A stretch of 64,000 bases of DNA, taken from contig OZ024740.1 of NCBI GenBank assembly GCA_964016885.1, forward strand, positions 81,220,001 through 81,284,000, read 5' to 3'. Positions 59,931 to 64,000 of this stretch are shown here, in pieces (within the stretch, counting starts at the first letter, position 1; each line of letters starts with the position of its first letter). The notes under the pieces were generated by a model. It had not been told where the DNA came from. It saw nothing but the letters and a program-made list of their open reading frames with translations, and searched no databases. Source of the DNA: Eledone cirrhosa (Eukaryota). The position numbers were made by a program, and so were the translations under genes.

Positions 59931-62900
59931 AATTATTCGTTAGTTCCATAGTATACAATCAACAAAGCAAATGAAAGTAACATCGGACAACAGAAACCAC
60001 GTTTCGTTTGGTCATTCAATCATAATTTCGGACAAAGTAAAACAAGTTTCCATTGGTCTTGCCATTGCAGCTACCGGTAGAAAAAAGTGAATGAACAATA
60101 AAAGTAATTCAGATCTTTTTGCGATTCGCTTTCCGTATTCGACTTATCTGTAATTATGAGGTCGGGAGATTATATATATGCCAGTATATATTTCAGTGTA
60201 TTACTTGGTAATAACCTCAAATTGCCGATCTGATTTTATACAAGATAAAGGTACGAACACACACACACTCACACACACACGCTAACACACACGTACATGT
60301 GCGCATAATATAAGGGTGTTTAAAATAATGTATTTATGCAGAATTGCAATTAATAATTTGCAAGTCATCTTATTTCGAGCAACTTCGGAAATAACTTCTA
60401 ATTCTAATTATATATTTATATATAATTATCAATATATGTTTTTGTATCATAAGCCTTATCTTATCATCTATCTTTCGTCAGGAAATGTTTTAGTTGCTTA
60501 ATATTAGTTCATATATTCCATCTTTATCTTCATGTATTAGTAATTTCTGGATGGCTTCGTACTTCTTTAACTGCGTATCCAATATGTATATTCAGATTAT
60601 TTAACGCTCATCGTTAAAACGTTAGCTTCCAGGCGTAGAAATAGAATGAGAAAGGTTTTATGTAATAATCTAATTTCCATAATGTGGCTGCATCTCATTT
60701 TACCAAGAAATATAAATATCACAAAATTGTTAATAGATTATTTCCTGGTAAAAATTTCTAAATTCCCTACACTTGATGATGAAACTTTGCGAACTCTGTT
60801 AATTCGGTTAAAGTTAATCGGTTGTTCCAACAGAACAAGTATTTTCAACTGTATGCACTCCACTAATTTTCAAATCGATGGAAACTGTTTTGCAATGTTA
60901 ATGTCATACTGTGTGGAATAGAATTACACTATGATGCCCAACCAACATTTTTTATAAGAGCGATGGTAAAATGCTTCAAGATGAGATATTATCCACAAGA
61001 TGAGATATTATCCACATAAATAATCACTTGGGTGCATAGACAGGAGATTTCCATCAGGTTTAACCAAAGTTATATTTTAAACTGTGGGAAGTTTGAAAAT
61101 ACTTTTAAAAACAGATATATTCATGGTTGTTATTAGGAACACAAAATCAGAAATAGGCTGAGATTCTAACTTGATTAAAACAGATGTATTAATATAATTT
61201 CTAAATGTAGATTGCATGGATTTAAACTGAACATTCCTTCTAATTTTTTGGTACAAAATAAAGTAATTGCCACGCTTACAAATCAAGAACATTATATCCT
61301 TCATGAACCTGAGTTACAGCAATAGAATCCTTATTATTTAACTGTCCTTTAATCGTTTCTTACAGATGTTAAATTCTGTGGTTTTCAATTTACCTTTTTC
61401 TCAGATCTATATATACTAGCTGGACCCGTGAAAAAGTTCACTGATAATTTTTGAAATTTAAATATTGTCCAATGAATATTTATCGCTTGTCCCGAACGTC
61501 CGACCGTATGTGTCACGTTTTCAGTAATTATATAGTAAGTTATATGCTGTTGAAAAACATTCGTATCATACATACAATAATTTGATGTAATGCCTTGCGC
61601 CGAATATTTTCTTTCATTGTCTTATCTTTCACCGACCAAGACCGACTTCAACTCCCAACAGAAGAAATTATAGAAATTATATATTTTATATTACTGTCGT
61701 GAGGTAAGTTGAACATTGATAATACACTCTATTTTTATCTCCGCCAAATAGGTAATGCTTTACCCTCAGTTATTCATTTTTTGTTACACATTTTTATTCA
61801 TAACAAACATCATCTCTAACCACTTTCTTATACCAGCTAGATGTTCTTCATACTTACTGAAATAACCATTCTTAAAAATGGAAGATAGAATAAGTCAACA
61901 AAGAGAGACAGCGAGGGAGCGACAAATAAGACGACGACAACGGTCACGAATTGCTTGCCTTTCTTCTGCTCGTATGATACGGATTTTCTTCAACAGCATA
62001 TAAATTACTATGTAATTACTGAAAGCGTGACACACACGGTCAGACCTACGGTACGTAGGCACAAGCGTATTAATATATAGATATTAGCATATATATAACC
62101 CCTCCCACACACATACACACACACACTCACGTTCACACACATATACACACTCACGTACACACACACATATATACACACGCACATACATATAGACACACAC
62201 AGAAGAAAGATAAAGAATAAAATGAATGATACACACATGAAATACACTCCATCTACAAGCACATAAAGCTAATAATGGTGAACCTCTCACCCGCACAGTG
62301 GAATCTTTGCAAAGCACTTCCATCCTGATAAAAGCATCATGATAAAATAATTCTTAACTATCTCATATAATCACACCATTGCATCTGAACAAATGAAAAT
62401 AACAAAACAAAACAAAAAAGAACAACATACGAAATTTGTTTAACCGCACTCAAAATATCCCTTATGATAGAATAAAACGAAACTAATACAAGCTACACAC
62501 AAAGTTCAAGTGACATGCTATAACAAAGTATCGCTGGTAATGATATATTGGTACATACTTCCAGGTCTTTCGTCTTTAAAATTTAGCTATTTGGATATTT
62601 TAATACAGACATCAAACCTACTCTTATTGCCTCGCATTACTTAAGCTCACTAGCAGTGAATTATAATTATCCTTATATAAAACTTATTAAATATGAAAAA
62701 GAAAATAACTTGATAGACGATATATTTGATGTTTGTATAAGCTTGTTGATTTATCCCACTATTGTTTTACTATTTTTAATCTCTGATTTCAGAATAAGTG
62801 TTTGAGAATAGATATAGAAAGTCGATAAGCAGCATTAGAAAGATTAAAATTAACGATGTGCGTCATATACGTAATTCCTTGTATCACATCTAAAAGTCTA

Positions 62901-63246
62901 CTTTGTTTTTTTTTTCAAAAATAGCAAATGAACATTTCCATTTGCAATTATTACTCTGTATTTTCAATTTAGGACCAGGAAATCACATTTTCCAATTTTA
63001 TGTTTTCATTTCTATATAATTATTCTATGTTCCACATCAGTCTTTTATATACATGCAGTCTTAAAGCAAATATTTGTCAACAAACAACCTTCTTATGTAA
63101 ATAAAGGATTAGTGTGTTGACCATTTCACCAAATTACTAATGAAATACATACTCTCGTTAGATTCCATTTTGAAGGGTTTTCTCAAATATACTAAAGTGC
63201 TAACTCTCATATGGCTGCTAATGGTTGTGTTATATGTCTAACATAT

Positions 63247-63392
63247 AGGCCAGCAATTACCCAGTGCATTACTGGTACTTTATTTTATCGACCCCGTAAG
63301 GATGAAAGGCAAAGTTAACCCCGGCGGGATTTGAACTCAGATCGTAAAGGGACGTAACTATGCTGGAAAGAATGGTGTCCGACCCTCTACCG
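63247..63392 (-). mobile_element. Meta-domain SINE (partial)
   Basis: Same family as 35765-35965. Confidence 0.85.
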
Positions 63393-63654
63393 AGGGTAGG
63401 AAAATAATTAATGTAGAAAATAATTAATGTAGAAAAAATATGAATAAAAATAATTAAATGAATTTTCCACCCATGCAATATTACGTATAAACGATAAATA
63501 CATATATGCCTATAGACATGCCAAATGTATTTTCATTGTACATAGAAATACATTGATATATGGTATCATAATATAATAAAGGGAGGAGTGCAGAAGTGCG
63601 TCAGGATATATTTGTTCGTCCTGTTTGTAAAATAAGTTGGATTACTATGAATAA

Positions 63655-63845
63655 ATAATTGTTTCTACTTTAGGCACAAGGCCAGCAATTACCCAGTGCA
63701 TTACTGGTACTTTATTTTATCGACCCCGTAAGGATGAAAGGTAAAGTTAACTTCGGCGGAATTTGAACTCAGAATGTAAAGGGACGTAACTATGCTAGAA
63801 AGCATGGCGTCCGACCCTCTACCGATATTGCCAATTCACCGCCTT
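63655..63845 (-). mobile_element. Meta-domain SINE (near full length)
   Basis: Same family as 35765-35965, with tRNA-like head and ATT-rich tail. Confidence 0.88.
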
Positions 63846-64000
63846 CTTACTATGAATAAATAATGAATGAATATTACATAATTTATCTACTAAATTTCGT
63901 AACTCTTGATTAAATATAAATAATTGTATTACTTATTTCAAGATTCACTTCTTTAAAATGTTCAAATGTCAACACTTCCGGTTAGCGCCCGATATATAAA

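Noticed and set aside
61416-61445. Second Helitron 3' end (CTAG plus hairpin, minus strand)
   Set aside because: Matching 5' end and internal homology not identified.
54700-63200. Host exons in the AT-rich unique-looking stretches
   Set aside because: No ORF with recognisable protein features. Small exons cannot be excluded without transcript data.

Overview
AT-rich eukaryotic (animal) repeat DNA with no recognisable host protein-coding gene. It is probably an octopod cephalopod, inferred from the Meta-domain tRNA SINE and the (TA)n/(CA)n-saturated landscape. The window is a stack of decayed transposons: at least 8 Penelope-like retroelement (PLE; RT plus C-terminal GIY-YIG) remnants, a CR1-type LINE, an RTE-derived non-autonomous element, a mariner/DD37D-like pseudogene, Helitron pieces, SINEs, a tRNA-Arg(ACG) pseudogene and a 42 x 63-bp minisatellite. 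The main signal, not visible in the ORF track, is more than 25 type I hammerhead ribozyme (HHR) motifs from more than 10 sequence-unrelated families. Most lie in short non-coding cassettes inserted in or beside (TA)n or mixed TA/TG tracts. About a dozen cassettes are fold-back palindromes, all with the same polarity (HHR on the minus strand in the left arm, on the plus strand in the right arm). Two others (2.75 x ~592 bp and ~1.15 x 465 bp) look like more-than-unit-length copies of an HHR-bearing circular RNA (retrozyme-like). Several HHR families carry the compensatory U3-A8 core. All motifs and coordinates were read by eye, boundaries are approximate, and no ribozyme activity is demonstrated.
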